From Octopus vulgaris (Eukaryota): a stretch of 64,000 nucleotides of DNA. Under the pieces are notes generated by a model. That model worked only from the letters and a program-made list of their open reading frames with translations, did no database searches and was not told the origin of the DNA. Shown piece by piece: positions 25,816 through 39,974 of the stretch. Each line of letters starts with the position of its first letter. Position 1 is the first letter of the stretch. Where the stretch lies: the NCBI GenBank assembly GCA_951406725.2, contig OX597816.1, positions 177,692,001 to 177,756,000 on the forward strand. Reading direction: 5' to 3'. A program made the position numbers and the translations under genes.

Positions 25816-28800
25816 GAAGCTTGTTTATGTAAATTAGTTTTCTGATCTTAATTAGCTCTTTAAGGGTTTGCAACAGTCTTCCCGGATTACTATCCTTCTC
25901 AAACTACTGGGTCCTAAATCATGTCTCTATATTTGATTGACACGCAAAATAGTTCAGCCACATTAGATATAGTTTTGTTTGTTTGTGTGCAGGTATTACT
26001 TGTGAATAGTGTTCTACGGTTTCCCAAACATTTGATTCGTTCAATAGACATTTCATATTTGACTGCTTCATTTTAATCGAGAACGAAATAACTTTTTTTT
26101 TGGTTTTTGGTTTTTGGTTTTTAAAGGATATTTAAATAAATCTGTTGTTGATTTAATGTTATTTTGTTCAACTTGTGCAAATGCCGTTGTGGATGATGTT
26201 ACTTGCTGATAAAGCGAGCCTGTCATTTCTGGCCGAAGTCATTTCACCTCACTTTAACCCCTAATGCCCTGAAGGAATTCCCTTTTTCTATGTCCCGTGA
26301 ATTTATTGAAATTCTTCCAAATAACTTTGATTATGGTTAATGATTAAATCTCTTTTTTTTAAAAAAAAAAGAAAGTAATTTGGGAAAAAATTTTCCTTTT
26401 TAGAAGGTGGGTTGAAGAAGGGAGACATGCCGCACTACGTAACCTGTTTTGAGAGGAGATATTTAGTCATGTAAATACAGTAGGTCTTGTCTTTTTACAA
26501 CCTAAAATTTCTAGAAATGGAGTAGATAATCTTCTACTTATCCAGGTAGTAAACGTTATAAAATAGCGCACTATCAATTAAATACAGATGTCTTTACTCT
26601 GCCATCAGTTAGCACATCATATTATCTTTGAGTTTGTTTATGTCTGCTATTCATACACAAGGCTGCTTTTCAGAAATTTACCATTTGCATCATGTACATA
26701 AACATCATTTAATCGGAGGCAGAAAAAAATCTTAAGAATTAATCCAAGTGCGTAAATTTACCTTATGTAAGGATCTAATCTAAACTCAGCTAAAATTAAG
26801 TGACCATCTCTAGAAAAACAATAAATTTAATCTGTATGAGTAATGTTAGCTTAAATGCATTTGGTATAAATGTAGATAGTGTAACAACAACAACAACAAT
26901 AACAACATTAACAACAGCAACAGAAATTGTCTCGGTTAATGCTACGTTCAATGTACTGTATTACCTAATATCATGTAGAAGGATTCGCTAATTATTGCAG
27001 CTTCCTGTTGTTGGCAATATATGCCCCCCCCCCCCACTCTGTCACAAGTAGTTTATGTACCTGGATTTACTTGGTGTTCTTTAACTCTAACTTTCACCGT
27101 GTATTTACATTAATATTTTTGGTTCTCACTCGTTCCACTTGTCTTTATCTCTCTCCCTCACACATGCAAACATATGCACGCAATTACATTTAAGCATTCG
27201 CTTATTCCTACAATATATCAGATGTTCGTATTCATTTCCAACATATATTTTCAATCACTAAAGCCATAGACCCGTATAAAATCAGGTGCAATTGAAAATA
27301 CACAACCAATTATTTTTGTTATTTTATGTTCAAATTTCAACGAAAAGGTCGGAGCCTCTTGATATCCTTGTGTCAGGAAAATATATACCAATAATAAACT
27401 AAAATCGAAGCAACTGGCAATATACGCGTCTAGAAAACATGTATAAATATAAATGAATATCATTATTCTAACCAGTTTATAAGAGTTGTAACTTTGGTTG
27501 CAGCCTAGGTACTCCGAGTTGTAATCATATCAATGATTACTATCGTACCCACAGCATAGGTGAAATGAGGAAAGTATAATCAAGATATCCTTCAATTTTG
27601 GGGGTCGCGAGTTCTCAGATGAACCTGTATCGGATAGTCTAAGTTATGTCAGATCGCGAGATGATTGAGGTTCGCGCCTATCACAAATTAAGTCGCAACC
27701 ACACTGCGATACATAAAAACTGCATCAAAGATCCAAAATGGATGAGAACAGAACTATTTAATTAATTGCTCGACTAACAACGACCTCAGCGTTTGCAGAT
27801 GTGTCAAATGAAATTCAAAACAGCGCCAGCGAAGATTCTGAATGTAGCAGGCAGTTTCTTATCGATGCTAGAACATGTGGCTGTTGTGAAACCGTTATAG
27901 CAATGAGACGGATACGTCACTCAAAGCTATTATTGGTTACGGTCTAAATACTCACTGAGATTAAACTTCATCCACATCGTTATATTCGTTTGTCATTCAA
28001 ATTAAAACAACTTTGACTCATTTCTCGGTGAATGGATATGTTTTGTACCAGCAATAAAATTAAGAAGATTAAATGATACATTCGTCTTTACGCCCAGTGT
28101 CTCATATTAGGGATAAAGGCTGTGACCAAATGTAGAACACCAAACTAAACACTATACATTATTCAGCTTTGTCTCAGTTCGATCCCAATTCAAAGAATTA
28201 GATTAAAATTTTTAGTGAAAAGATTCTTTCAAAAGGAATTATTTTAACTTTTCCACTTCAGCAGGAAATATTTTGTTTATATTGCTAACGCGACATGTGA
28301 ATCATTTCGGTAAATCACAGATTTTGTTCTTATGTAGAGTGCATAAGAGAAACTGATCCTCTTGTATAGAATATCTGGGGATTGGGGGAACCTAACTTCT
28401 CCATGCTATCTTGTGGAAATGTATGAGCCTAACAGTGTAACGTAATAAAATACTCATTAAATATAGAATATATTAATATTTTAAAGCAAATTATTCCGAT
28501 TAGTCACGTTCTTGTGTATAGCCACCTGAACTAGACCATTAACTGAACACAGCACTATGCAATCATGGGATATGAACTGTCGATCTGTTGGTCAGTAGGC
28601 CAGTTCCATATTGGTTTGTGTAGCAGCGCTACTCATAATAAATCTTGATTCCATAGCACGGCTTATTTTGTGCTCTGCCTGTCGTTCTCACATAAAAGTT
28701 TTTGACATAAAAATTTCAACACTATGTTCCTCTCAACAAGCACATTATCTCTGTGAGGCTGTGTACAAAGAAGCTATTTCTTATCCAAAACAAGATACTA

Positions 28801-29783
28801 TCTTGACCCCCAGAACTTTCTTATCTTTCAAATCCAAGTTAAATTAAGAGTAAATACAAATTAAAAAAAAATACCGTTAAAGTATATCTCAACGGGCGTA
28901 TCTTTCTTGTAGTCCAATCCTAGCTAACAGTCTCCTTTACTTTGCCTAATATATCTTCACCATACTTATTTACAATGTTAGTTTTACTATAGCCCTGACG
29001 TTAAAAAACATGTTAACTATTTCGAATATACTCATTCAATAATTTTCTTCTTTGTTCCAAAACATTCTACTTTCACTGCTTTTTACCTTTGGAACCGAAT
29101 AGTTCAGTTTGTTCTTTCTCTCCACCACTGTTGATGCCGTGCTAAAAAGAATGATTTTTTAACTTTGTAGAAAAACAATACATTTCGTAATAATTGAATG
29201 CTAAGTGTGTAAGAAATAGATTAAGACCATTTATTTTTATTATTAACAAAACTAAAAACTAGTAAATGCGATGTTGTACGCTTCCAGCAGCGTGCATACA
29301 TACAAACAAGTAACACACGCACACAGTATACATACAACTTCACACGACACCAGGAAGACCGCAGGAAAAATAGAGAGATGATTTGATGATACAGGATTCA
29401 AAAACCTGAGGTCTAAACTTCACCAGCAGAAACAACAGCTCAAAGCTACAGCTGAACCATCGCAGTTGCTAGAAACTTAGTGTGTGTCATTCTGGGGACA
29501 GTAGAAGGATCGCATATAACCCAAACTCCCCTTGGTCGAAGTCTTTTCGAATAGAATATCATGAAATATTCGTTTCGCCTTTCTATGCTTCGAATTCAAA
29601 TGTCAAATTTGCCTTTCATCACTTCGAAGCGCCACTCCTACACTAGAAGGAAGTCGTCTGTAGTGTCAGAAGTAAAGAAGGATGGAATCCACAAGTTAGG
29701 ATGCCAAAGATATGGCTCATATCACTTGAGGGGTGCCACTATAATTTCCTCAGAAATTGAGGACTTGAAGCGACGTGCGTGTA

Positions 29784-29797
<14 letters not shown>

Positions 29798-29831
<34 letters not shown>

Positions 29832-29904
29832 AAAAAAGAAAGAAAGAAGGAAAGATAGAAAGAAAGAAAGAAAGAAAGAAAAAGAGAAAGGAAGAAAGAT
29901 AGAC

Positions 29905-29975
<71 letters not shown>

Positions 29976-29993
29976 AAAAAAGAAAAAAGAAAA

Positions 29994-30025
<32 letters not shown>

Positions 30026-30035
30026 AAAAAAGAAA

Positions 30036-30097
<62 letters not shown>
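29798..30097. repeat. (GA)n/(GAAA)n polypurine array
   Basis: Directly visible. Confidence 0.95.
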
Positions 30098-31072
30098 ATC
30101 CAGAAAATAGTCAAATTAATCAAAAACTTTTACTGGATGTTCCCATTTTCTTGGCGTCGTTACAATTTGAAAGAAAGATTTCCAACTAAGAGGTAACATA
30201 TTCAGGAAGCGGGTGTTCAAGAAGTTTGGTGAATGTCGGGATTTCTGTTCTGTCAAACTATAATCAAGATAATTCTTCAGTAAACCTATAAATACTTTTA
30301 GGTCTATGCGCTTCCATTCAACAAATATCTAGAAAAATAGCAATGATATTTACAAAATACAATAAAATTAACTTGAAATGAATTATAATTCTGCGAAATT
30401 CAGAATTGATTACCTGTCAAAACCATTTAATTGTTGCTTTTATCGCTCTTGGAATGTATGAACAATTCAAAGTTTCATTCATTTCCTGTATAAATTTGGG
30501 ATCTTATGCTTAGTCAAATTAAGTGTACTAGAGATATTTATAGACTAGATAATAATTCAGAATGGTAAACTTTGGTGAGCGAACCACTTCGGCTTAAATG
30601 TTTTGATTTGTAATGTTACGTTATTCGATGGGGTCATTTCCGCCGCCACCACCACCACCAAAGAGCTTCTGTCAATTCTCTTTTATCAAGTCAACATTCT
30701 TTTTATATCGCACGTCGTTATTTCAAATCATTGATATCTACAGGCTGTCGCTAAACTACGCAAGGCTCATCAATAGTAAGTTTTTTTTGTCGACTTCTCA
30801 GGTTTCACTTCAACGTCGGAAACTAGACACGAAGGATTCATCACTGTCTATATATATGGTCGACATCATGTACTTTTATCATGACTTCGAAGATTCATGG
30901 CCATCTTACTCTGTTATCTACACTAACTTTCACTTCATTGGCAAATGTTTTATTTGGAAATGTCTTAGTTTCTTACACTTCACTTCAACAATATTACTTC
31001 GGGAATTCGTTTTCATTACTCCTCACCCAGTAAGACACAAATGGCAAACTTTACTGGAGTCCTGGTAACAAC

Positions 31073-31122
<50 letters not shown>

Positions 31123-31419
31123 CATTATTATTATCAAATGTATAGGAAAGCTGAGAAAGTTTGAGAGATGTATAATATTATACTTCCAGCTTAGACACCT
31201 GACACCAAACAGGAACAACTTCTATAAACAGAATTCTTGAAAACACTCTAAAACGAGGATGTGGTAATTCCCCATTAAGAAGACCAATAACATTAATAAC
31301 TCACAGCTCAAACTTCAGATTTGCTACAAATCTGGAGGATTCATAGCCTCTAATGCTATTTTATAGTGACCACACATCATTGACATAGATAAATGTTACT
31401 GTTCTTTATCCTGAATAGT

Positions 31420-31804
31420 GGAAGCACTCCGTCGGTTTCGACGACGAGGGTTCCGGTTGATCCGAATCAACGGAACAGCCTGCTCGTGAAATTAACGTGT
31501 AAGTGGCTGAGCACTCCACAGACACGTGCACCCTTAACGTAGTTCTCGGGGATATTCAGCGTGACACAGAGAGTGACAAGGCCGGCCCCTTGAAATACAG
31601 GTACAACAGAAACAGGAAGTAAGAGTGAGAGAAAGTTGTGGTGAAAGAGTACAGCAGGGATCACCACCGTCCCCTGCCGGAACCTCGTGGAGCTTTTAGG
31701 TGTTTTCGCTCAATAAACACTCACAACGCCCGGTCTGGGAATCGAAACCGCGGTCCTATGACCGCGAGTCCGCTGCCCTAACCACTGGGCCATTGCGCCC
31801 ACTG
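31420..31804 (-). mobile_element. SINE family C with 12-bp TSD
   Basis: TSD ATCCTGAATAGT at 31408-31419 and 31805-31816. Confidence 0.93.
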
Positions 31805-32933
31805 ATCCTGAATAGTAATGGATCGAATTAGGGACAGCTGTAACCTTCGTTATAGTAGTATTTGTATATCTTGTCTCATGTAGCTTTGTATACATGCATA
31901 AAGATCCAAAAGCAAAGGCCGTCTAAACTTCTAGACAAACTTTCAATCGACAAACGCTCAAATGAATTATCCCCTCTAATTCTCTTATGTCTAGAGTAAT
32001 TATTGCACTGAATAAGTAAGCTTTATAACAACCTTTCCTGAATCCACTCATCTCAGGACCCTTGATATCTTTAGTGTGACTTGTTCATACCATACTCAAA
32101 TCACGTACTAAACAATTTACGTATTACTTCCTTAGAACTACAATATACTAGATTACCAAAATCAACCTAATTTTCAGCGACTTTGAACGCAATGATCTGG
32201 GTGAACCCCATTTCCTAGAAATTCATGACCTTTCTTGGAATAAGTCATAAAAAAGTAAAGAGTGTTGACACTAACAGATCTTGCTCTATGAGAAAATACC
32301 GCATCCTCTCCACATTTCTTGTTTCCCCGTCATCAATCCCGCTGAAACGCATAACGACTACTACAAATACAAATCGTACAGAATCGATTGTGGACGAGTG
32401 AACCTGCGCATAATTTTTCCTCACAGACTCTATCGGAACTTATGATCTAAACATTACAACTTATATATGGTACTACAGTTTCTATACGACCTCAGCAAGA
32501 ACGGGATTCTAGTATTTCTAAGCTGAAAATTATATGAATTCGTCTATTTCAATTTGTTTTCATTATAATTATGAATTCGTATTACTATTACAACCCTGCT
32601 TACACCATGTGAAGCATGTGATTGCTCATATACAGGACTAAGTATGATGGTATACTCACTACGTAGGAACATTCCTTCACCAAGTATATATTTTTCCCTA
32701 GTATTATTTTCCCTAGTATTATTACACATCAAATAAATGTTTAGATATGAATTACCCGCTGGGTGTTATTTAAGTAAAAAGAAGGTAAATGAGTAGATGA
32801 ATACCATAAACGTAAGCTTGAAGAATAAAATACAATTTGAATTCCAGCTGAAGCCATTTTCTTCCCTAAATTTACGTCATTAACGTATTTGAGAAAATAA
32901 TTTACATCTTGTCTATTCTTAAAAGAAAAAGTT

Positions 32934-34662
32934 AGACTTTGTTAATTGCTACGGCCATTTTTGACGGCGGTATTTTCAGAGTGTTAACACCGTTTAGTTT
33001 TTTGTATCAGTGTTTTGAACACTTCGTTAATTGTTTTTGTGCTGCTTTGCAGCAATTTGTTTGTGCTTTCTCTCCTCGTTTGAGGCGAGTTAGCTATTTT
33101 TTTCTTTTTTTTCCCATCTAGTTTCAGCTCACGAGCTGAGGCCATGCTGGGGCACCGCCATTCAGCTATGGTTAGAAAGAACAATTTATTTTATTCAGAC
33201 TTTAGTGGGTTTGAATTTTCATCGTCAGAAGAGGAAGTCGTACGAGCAATGAAAAGAATGGATGGTCAATTAAAGAAGAAAAGTTTTGCGGAAATGGCAG
33301 AAGTTGCGAATAAGGAGGAGGGTCTGTCAATGCTGAAAAGTTATGAGAAGATGGTACACAGAGAAGGGGGCATATCTTATTATTTCCACCCCAGGAAGTA
33401 ATAAGATATGCAGCAAATGACAATTGTACACCAAGTATATTCTGTAGAAGATAAGAGAATTAAAATTGTATCAGCGAAGAAAATTGAAAAAAGTTTTGAA
33501 GTCAATAACATACCTTGCCAGAGGAAGTCGATATGGAACAGTGGAGGTTTACTTTAGAAAGGTAGCAAAGGCAAAGCAACACTCAGCAACCCCGTTAAGG
33601 ACGGAAAGTGGGGTCCTCCTACCCACATACATTGGAAGAAAAGCTTCAGGGATTAGGGTAGAGGAAATCCCACCCGAAATAGATGTGGCTTGGGTAGCAG
33701 CGGCTATACTTCTATTCAACGAAGAGGAAATAGCCGTTCTCCAAGCTACGAAAACAGAAACAACCAATTGGAAAGGACAAACGTTGGATATAATTATACA
33801 AAGTTCAACGGAAAACCTAGAAAAAATGGTGGAAACAGTAACAGTTAGAGATGCGGTATTAAGAGTCAGGATGGAGGGTTGAATCCCTCGATGTTTCAAA
33901 TGTGGTCAAAAGGGGCACATTAGAGTGAACTGCTCTTCACCGACTGAGAAAAATCAGGAAGAAGTCAGGAAGGAACCAGAAAAGGTAGAGGAGGAAATAC
34001 AAATAAACAACGACGAACCGTGGAAAGTGGTAGAAAAGAAAAACCAGAGGAAGGGAAAGAAAGGTTAGACTGAATGGAGACCCCACCCACACCTTTTCAG
34101 CCCCACCCTCCCCCTGCAGACACCAAACCCTCCCATTCCCTTCGAACACAAAAACGAAAAAAGGCACTGACACACAGGTACCCACAACTTCTACTCTCAC
34201 TGAAAGTGGGTTTTGCATGTATATGGTTTGAAGGTGCAGATGAGGAACTGATCAACTAAGAAACGAGATGGAAGAACAGAGTGTTTATTCATGTGGAAAG
34301 AAAGACTTTATGTATGTTAGTATCAGAGAAACAGAAGAATGAAATAGAAAAGTATACAGGCGGGTACCAGTGTTGGAGAGTGACCTATGACCTGAAAGGG
34401 TTGTCGGATGATATATAGTATGAAGAACTTATAAAAGAATATGGACTGGATATTTTGGAAGGTACGGAATTTGAAGAAAAGGGGAAGTGAAGCTACTCGT
34501 AGGCGGGGCGAGTAGCTTCATTTTTGTTTTTTCATTTCCATTTTTCACTCATGTTTTCATACGCTGTCCTGTGTTTCTTTCTTTTTTTCCTTCTCCTTGT
34601 TTTGTATGTCCACATGTTTCTGTATTGTCCCTTCTATGTTCGCCCCCAGTGGGTAATAAAAA
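32934..34662 (+). mobile_element. ORF1-only L1/Tx1-derived retroelement (HAL1-like), copy 1
   Basis: Frameshifted ORF1 (SSSEEEVV..KR.D..KSFAE; ARGSRYGTVEV; zinc knuckle PRCFKCGQKGHIRVNC at ~33885-33935) ends ~34489, followed by a short T-rich 3'UTR and AATAAA; no endonuclease or RT. Confidence 0.75.
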
Positions 34663-34664
34663 GT

Positions 34665-34872
34665 TCAGAAACGTTAGCACGGCGGGCGAAATGCTTAGCA
34701 GTATTTCGGCTGCCGTTACGTTGTGAGTTCAAATTCTGCCGAGGTCGACTATGCCTTTCATGCTTTCGGGGTCGATAAATTAAGTACCAGTTGCGTACTG
34801 AGGTTGATCTAATCGACTGCCCCCCCTCCTCTCTCAAAAATTTCGGGCCTTGTACCTAGAGTAGAAAAGAAT
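34665..34872 (+). mobile_element. SINE family B (tail CCTTGTACCTAGAGTAGAAAAGAAT)
   Basis: Head CAGAAACGTTAGCAC.., B box GAGTTCAAATTC, central domain. Confidence 0.9.
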
Positions 34873-35317
34873 ATATATGTTATAAAAGCGACGATGAAGT
34901 ATAAGTAACCGCAAAAGAACCAATCTTTGAATAGATTGATGCCCAAAGAAATATTACCATGTAAGGAATCTCAATACCTGAGAAGATATAGCGTACAATT
35001 CAACCTCTTTACATCAGTGAGAAAGAATTCCTTCGTACAAAAATAATGTATTGCAAATTTTAAAATGACTGATAGATATGAATGACAACTAATATTTCAG
35101 AAACAGATTAATTTAAAACATATATTCTAATTAATGTTGTATGTTGATAATTAATAAATATTCTAATCAAACAGCAAAAGCTCATAAACTGGGATTAATT
35201 CCAGATTCGATTGTGATAAGCAGTGGAGGAATTAACCTCAGCCCAAGAAATGATGACAGTCTACAACAGGTAATAAAATATATGAAGAGCTGCCACTTAT
35301 TATTATATTTACCTTTT

Positions 35318-36184
35318 GACCGACAGATTAAAAAAATAATTTTTTGTAACTAAACCTTTTCAAACTTCATATACTGGTAGAATGTGTCACATAAAACATA
35401 TTTTACTCTTGGCGTTGTTGAGAAAATTCTGTATTTTGGAAGTTATTTGTTGTTAAAGTTGTCGTATTTCGGTAATTTCAACCAATCAATGAATAAAATT
35501 ACTGCTGTTGCTTGTCAACAACAACTTCCGGCAGTGTATATATTGTTTGTCACTGTTATTTATGACATATTTCATCTCAGTTACGTTTGTATGAATAAAC
35601 GAGTGTATCTGAATCATGTTTACTTCATGGCACCACCATAATCGTTCGTACTTCAGTTTTCATTTTTTTCCGTAACTCTAACCCTAAAACCCCAACACTA
35701 ACCCTAACCCTAACTCTAAAACCCTAACCCTAACCATGAAACCATAACCCTAACCATAAAGCCCTAACCCTAACTCTAAATCCCTAACCCTAACCGTAAC
35801 CCTAAAACCCCAACCCTAACTCTAAAACCCTAGCCCTAGCCGTAAAACCCTAATCCTAACCCTAAAACCCTCACCCTAACTCTAAGACCTTAAAGCTAAA
35901 ACCAGTACAAACGCACGGACGATGTCATAAATAACAGTGACAAACGAAATATACACCGCCGATAGTTGTTGTTGACAAACAACGGCAGTAATTTTATTCA
36001 GCTGAATACACATCATTGATTGGTTGAAATTACCGAAATACGACAACTTTAACAAATAACTTCCAAAATACAGAATTTTCTCAACAACGCTAAGAGTAAA
36101 AGATGTTTTATTTGACACATTCTACAAGTATACGAAGTTTGCAAGCGTTTAGTTACAAAAAATAATTTTTTAAATCTGTCGGTC
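35318..36184. mobile_element. Foldback/MITE with ~250-bp terminal inverted repeats enclosing degenerate (CCCTAA)n
   Basis: 35318-35568 is the near reverse complement of 35922-36184 (GACCGACAGATT.../...AATCTGTCGGTC); CCCTAA/CCCTAAAA units at 35673-35905. Confidence 0.9.
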
Positions 36185-36384
36185 CTCAATATCTAGATGC
36201 AGTGAGATATATAGCATTCATTGTACTAGCCAAAGGAACAACAAAATATTAAAACAAATGCATAACACATGAGCCATTAATTTGAATGATTATGCATCAA
36301 ATTGATAATTATATAAAACATTATTTTTCTGAAGTCCAAACATTTTTAACGTTCACTTGACAAGATTACTGTATTGAATGAGTT

Positions 36385-36590
36385 TACTCGACTCCAGTAC
36401 TTATTTCTTTTAAAATCTCTGGTACTTATTTTAGCACTCTTTTTTTTCTGGATCGCTCAGTTACCGAAACGTAAACAAACCAACACTGGTTGTCAAGTCG
36501 TTGTGGGGAACACACACATATTCGACGGGTTTCTTTCAGTTTTCATCTACTAAATCCACCCACAAGGCTTTGGTCGACCCGCAGCGATAA
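36385..36590 (-). mobile_element. Partial SINE family A, sharing private variants with 37447-37797
   Basis: Both carry CGCTCAGTTACCGAAACG, GTCGTTGTGGGGAACACACAC and GACCCGCAGCGATA. Confidence 0.75.
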
Positions 36591-37446
36591 CTGCACAGGT
36601 ATTTCGAGAAACTGCTACATGTTAAGCTAGATAACGCTTTGTTTTTCATCCTTTCAATATAGTATCTCAAGTGTCATTACATTATCTTATAAAACGAAAC
36701 ATTTGTTTCATTTTCATGTTATATCGTTTGATTTTTTTTTCTTGCTGAAATAGCTACGAAAAGAATAAGAGGGAAAAGACAAATTCAGTTGATAATCAGA
36801 GTGTTTTAGCTGCAGTGAGATGTAAGAGAAAGTATATTTGGGGCTAATTAAAAAAAAAAAAAGAAAAAAAGCATCGGGCTTTTATATCTATGTTGCTTTT
36901 CTTTTTAATTGTGAGACTTATTCTCAAAGGGCGAACATTTGATGAACTGAACTTCAGACAACAGATATGTTGAGCAGAAAAACAAAATATTCTTAAAATT
37001 TCCTTAACGAATCCAATTAGTAAATAAGTTATCAGTTTCTTATCCATCAGCTGAGTTACTGATTACAAACTGAAACAAGGGTTAATTTATTATTTCTAAG
37101 AAGCATGTCTAGTATGTCTAGGTCAAGAAGCATCGAATTCTTTACAAAATAATTACTCAAATCGTTTGTAGAGGAAGGAGTTAAAGCGAAAGATTTTTAT
37201 ACTGATAGCTGGTTCAGAGAGAAAACAAAAAAGCTCAAAACAGCAATAGACTTCCAGTTGGCTGAGTTGTTGGATAGCTTCATACAACTTGAAGGTGCGG
37301 ATTCAGACCTCAAAACTGATATTTTACTGTATCTATGGCAATATCTCTGAACTGCCAATGGTTCGGTTCATACATCTGCAAAGAAATAGCTTGGACAATA
37401 TAGCACTCTGAAATAAGTTATGGTGGCACGAATATGTTTTATCATT

Positions 37447-37797
37447 AACCTGTTTCAGTCATTTGACTGCGGCTATGCTGGAGCACCGCCTTGAATGAGT
37501 TTAGTCGAACAACTCGACTCCAATACTTGTTTCTTTTAAAAACTCTGGTACTTATTTTAGCAGTCTTTTTTCTGAACCGCTCAGTTACCGAAACGTAAAC
37601 AAACCAACACTGGCTGTCAAGTCGTTGTGGGGAACACACACATATTCTTTCAGTTTTCATCTACCAAATCCACCCACAAGGCTTTAGTCGACCCGCAGCG
37701 ATAGTAGAATACATTTGTCCAGATTCCATGCAATGGAACTGAACCCAAAACCATGTAGTTAGGGAACAAATTTCTTATCACGTGGCCACGACTGCAC
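37447..37797 (-). mobile_element. SINE family A, older copy
   Basis: Tail TGTTTCAGTCATTTGACTGCGG and head GAACCCAAAACCATG match family A. Confidence 0.85.
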
Positions 37798-39734
37798 ATA
37801 ATCGATGATTTATGTTAACTTCCACTGTTGAGCTCAGAATAATGCCACATAACTGTAGCGGTAACAGCAAACCATTTCTCTAGAGCCTTCCTCACATCAT
37901 TACATCTTCAGTGTTTTGATAAGCACTAAAAATTACGTGACATTAATATGTTTACTTAATAGTATCCATTAAGTTATTTTAACTTGTAAAGTCTTCAATG
38001 CTTTACGTTCGAATTCTCAGAATTCTTAATGTTAGGTAAGTTCTATTTTTATCTTTTAACTTTAGAAGTAAAATGAGTAGACGCTAAACATATTGTAATA
38101 GTTAAGTACTCGTAAATAGTAATGGAAACATCCGGCTGTTAATAATAAAACACATAGAAATGCACAACAGTAAACACACTCATTTGAATTTTGAACATCC
38201 AAAATATTGGTTTCTTTTTTCATTAGATACAAAGTCTATAGTTTAAACAGAAAGTAGAAACAGGATGTTGTGACATTCATGCCTTTCCATAGAGTATTGA
38301 TGGCAAGGAAAAAGAAATATCACTTCAATCGACAATTGAAAAGGAGGGTGAATTTCGTTTGCAGAGAATTTACCCTGGCTTAATAGCGTTCGTCTCGAGG
38401 TCCCCTGTGTTAGCAAGAGAGGCTTTGTGTAATTGCGTCTCTATCAAGTCACACTATACCTTCTTAGGAAGGTAGAACACATGGACAAGAAGGTATAGTT
38501 TCGATGGGATGATCATGGCTGGTACACATTTGATCGGAGTTGACTTGGAGATAAACAACAACAACATCAAATATATATATTTCTTTCCTTAAATAAAACA
38601 TGAAAAATAAAACAATGTTTTATTATATTTTGTTCAATAAATCCTCCAGTAGCTCATTAATACTATTTTATTGATCCTAGAGAAAGGCAAAAACGATGAC
38701 AGAAAAATGTTTACTTCCTACGTAGAGAGAGCCGAATAAGATACAATGATAAATTTAGTCATGTCTTGTATATTGTCGGGGGTTTTTTTTTTAACATTCT
38801 CAGATACCATATATTGGGACAAGACCATAAATTTCGTGAGAGAGTCTAGTCGTTTAAATTGACTGGCATTTTGTTGATCGAACCAGGAAAAGTAAAATCC
38901 AAAGATGATCTCGGTAGAATTTGAAGCCAGTACGTAAGACCTTAAATATTGCTAGGCATTTTGCCTAATGCTCTCGCAGTGATACTAATCTTTGGGCTCT
39001 GTTACTAACTATTGAGAAACCTTTACAAGCTCACTCAGTCTGCTAGAAGTAACAGCCAAAAGTCTTTTAAACTACACGTTGCCATTTGAGAAAAGGGAAC
39101 TTCGATAATAAAATCTAGTGCAGTATACCTAGCAAAAATGGGATGGTAACAACTTGAATGTCTCCGATTATAGATCTACCATACTAGGTGATAAATAACA
39201 ACTACTACTAAATATTGATTCCGTAGTTCGATAGTAAACCAAACCTCTATTGGAGGGATAGGTTTAAAAATGCATGATGTATATGTCTTTCCCATTAATG
39301 CGAAGTGGTTGATTTTAGTTTAGAATCGTAAATTGTTTGAAGTATTTAGAAATTATTCTACCAAAGAAAAAAACCCTGCATTTTAGTAGGAATACTTTTT
39401 GCTTTAAGAGGTCAACCAGTAGAATTTAATAATGTAAAATTAGATACTATTCATAAGCCACTTGCAAACTTTTTGATAAAGAATGGCAGTGATGTTTACT
39501 AAAGGTTATCCTTATACGATATCCACCCAGACTTCAGTCCAGAAATAACTCAATTTGTCATCTTAAACTGATTATCTGCACATGTTACTCTCCAGAAGAA
39601 AAAAAAAGAAACGTACAAAATTTGAAGTTTTGTAATTGTTTCAAAAATAAACGAATGTGATCTAGTCCTTTCTTTCTTTAACACTATCACAAAGCACATT
39701 ACGATCTTTTATATTCAATATTTATTTTCATTAT

Positions 39735-39960
39735 GGCGGCGAGCTGGCAGAAACGTTAGCACACCAGGTAAAATGCTTAGCGATATTTCGTCTACTGTCA
39801 CGTTCTGAGTTCAAATTCCGCTGAAGTCGACTTTGCCTTTCATCCTTTCGGGGTCGATTGTACCAGTTACGCACTGTGGTCGATGTAAACGACTTTATCC
39901 CTTTGTCTGTCCTTGTTTGTCTCCTCTATGTTTAGTCCCCTGTGGGCAATAAAGAAATAA
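39735..39960 (+). mobile_element. SINE family B subfamily with an L1/Tx1-type 3' tail
   Basis: Full head GGCGGCGAGCTGGCAGAAACGTTAGC; tail TTTGTCTGTCCTTGTTTGTCTCCTCTATGTTTAG..TGTGGGCAATAAAGAAAT. Confidence 0.9.
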
Positions 39961-39974
39961 ATATTTATTTTCAT

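Noticed and set aside
31140-32530. LINE/PLE coding relic on the plus strand
   Set aside because: A/C-rich bias is suggestive but no diagnostic motif could be read
35673-35905. True telomere or chromosome fusion site
   Set aside because: Short, degenerate, single orientation and enclosed by transposon TIRs
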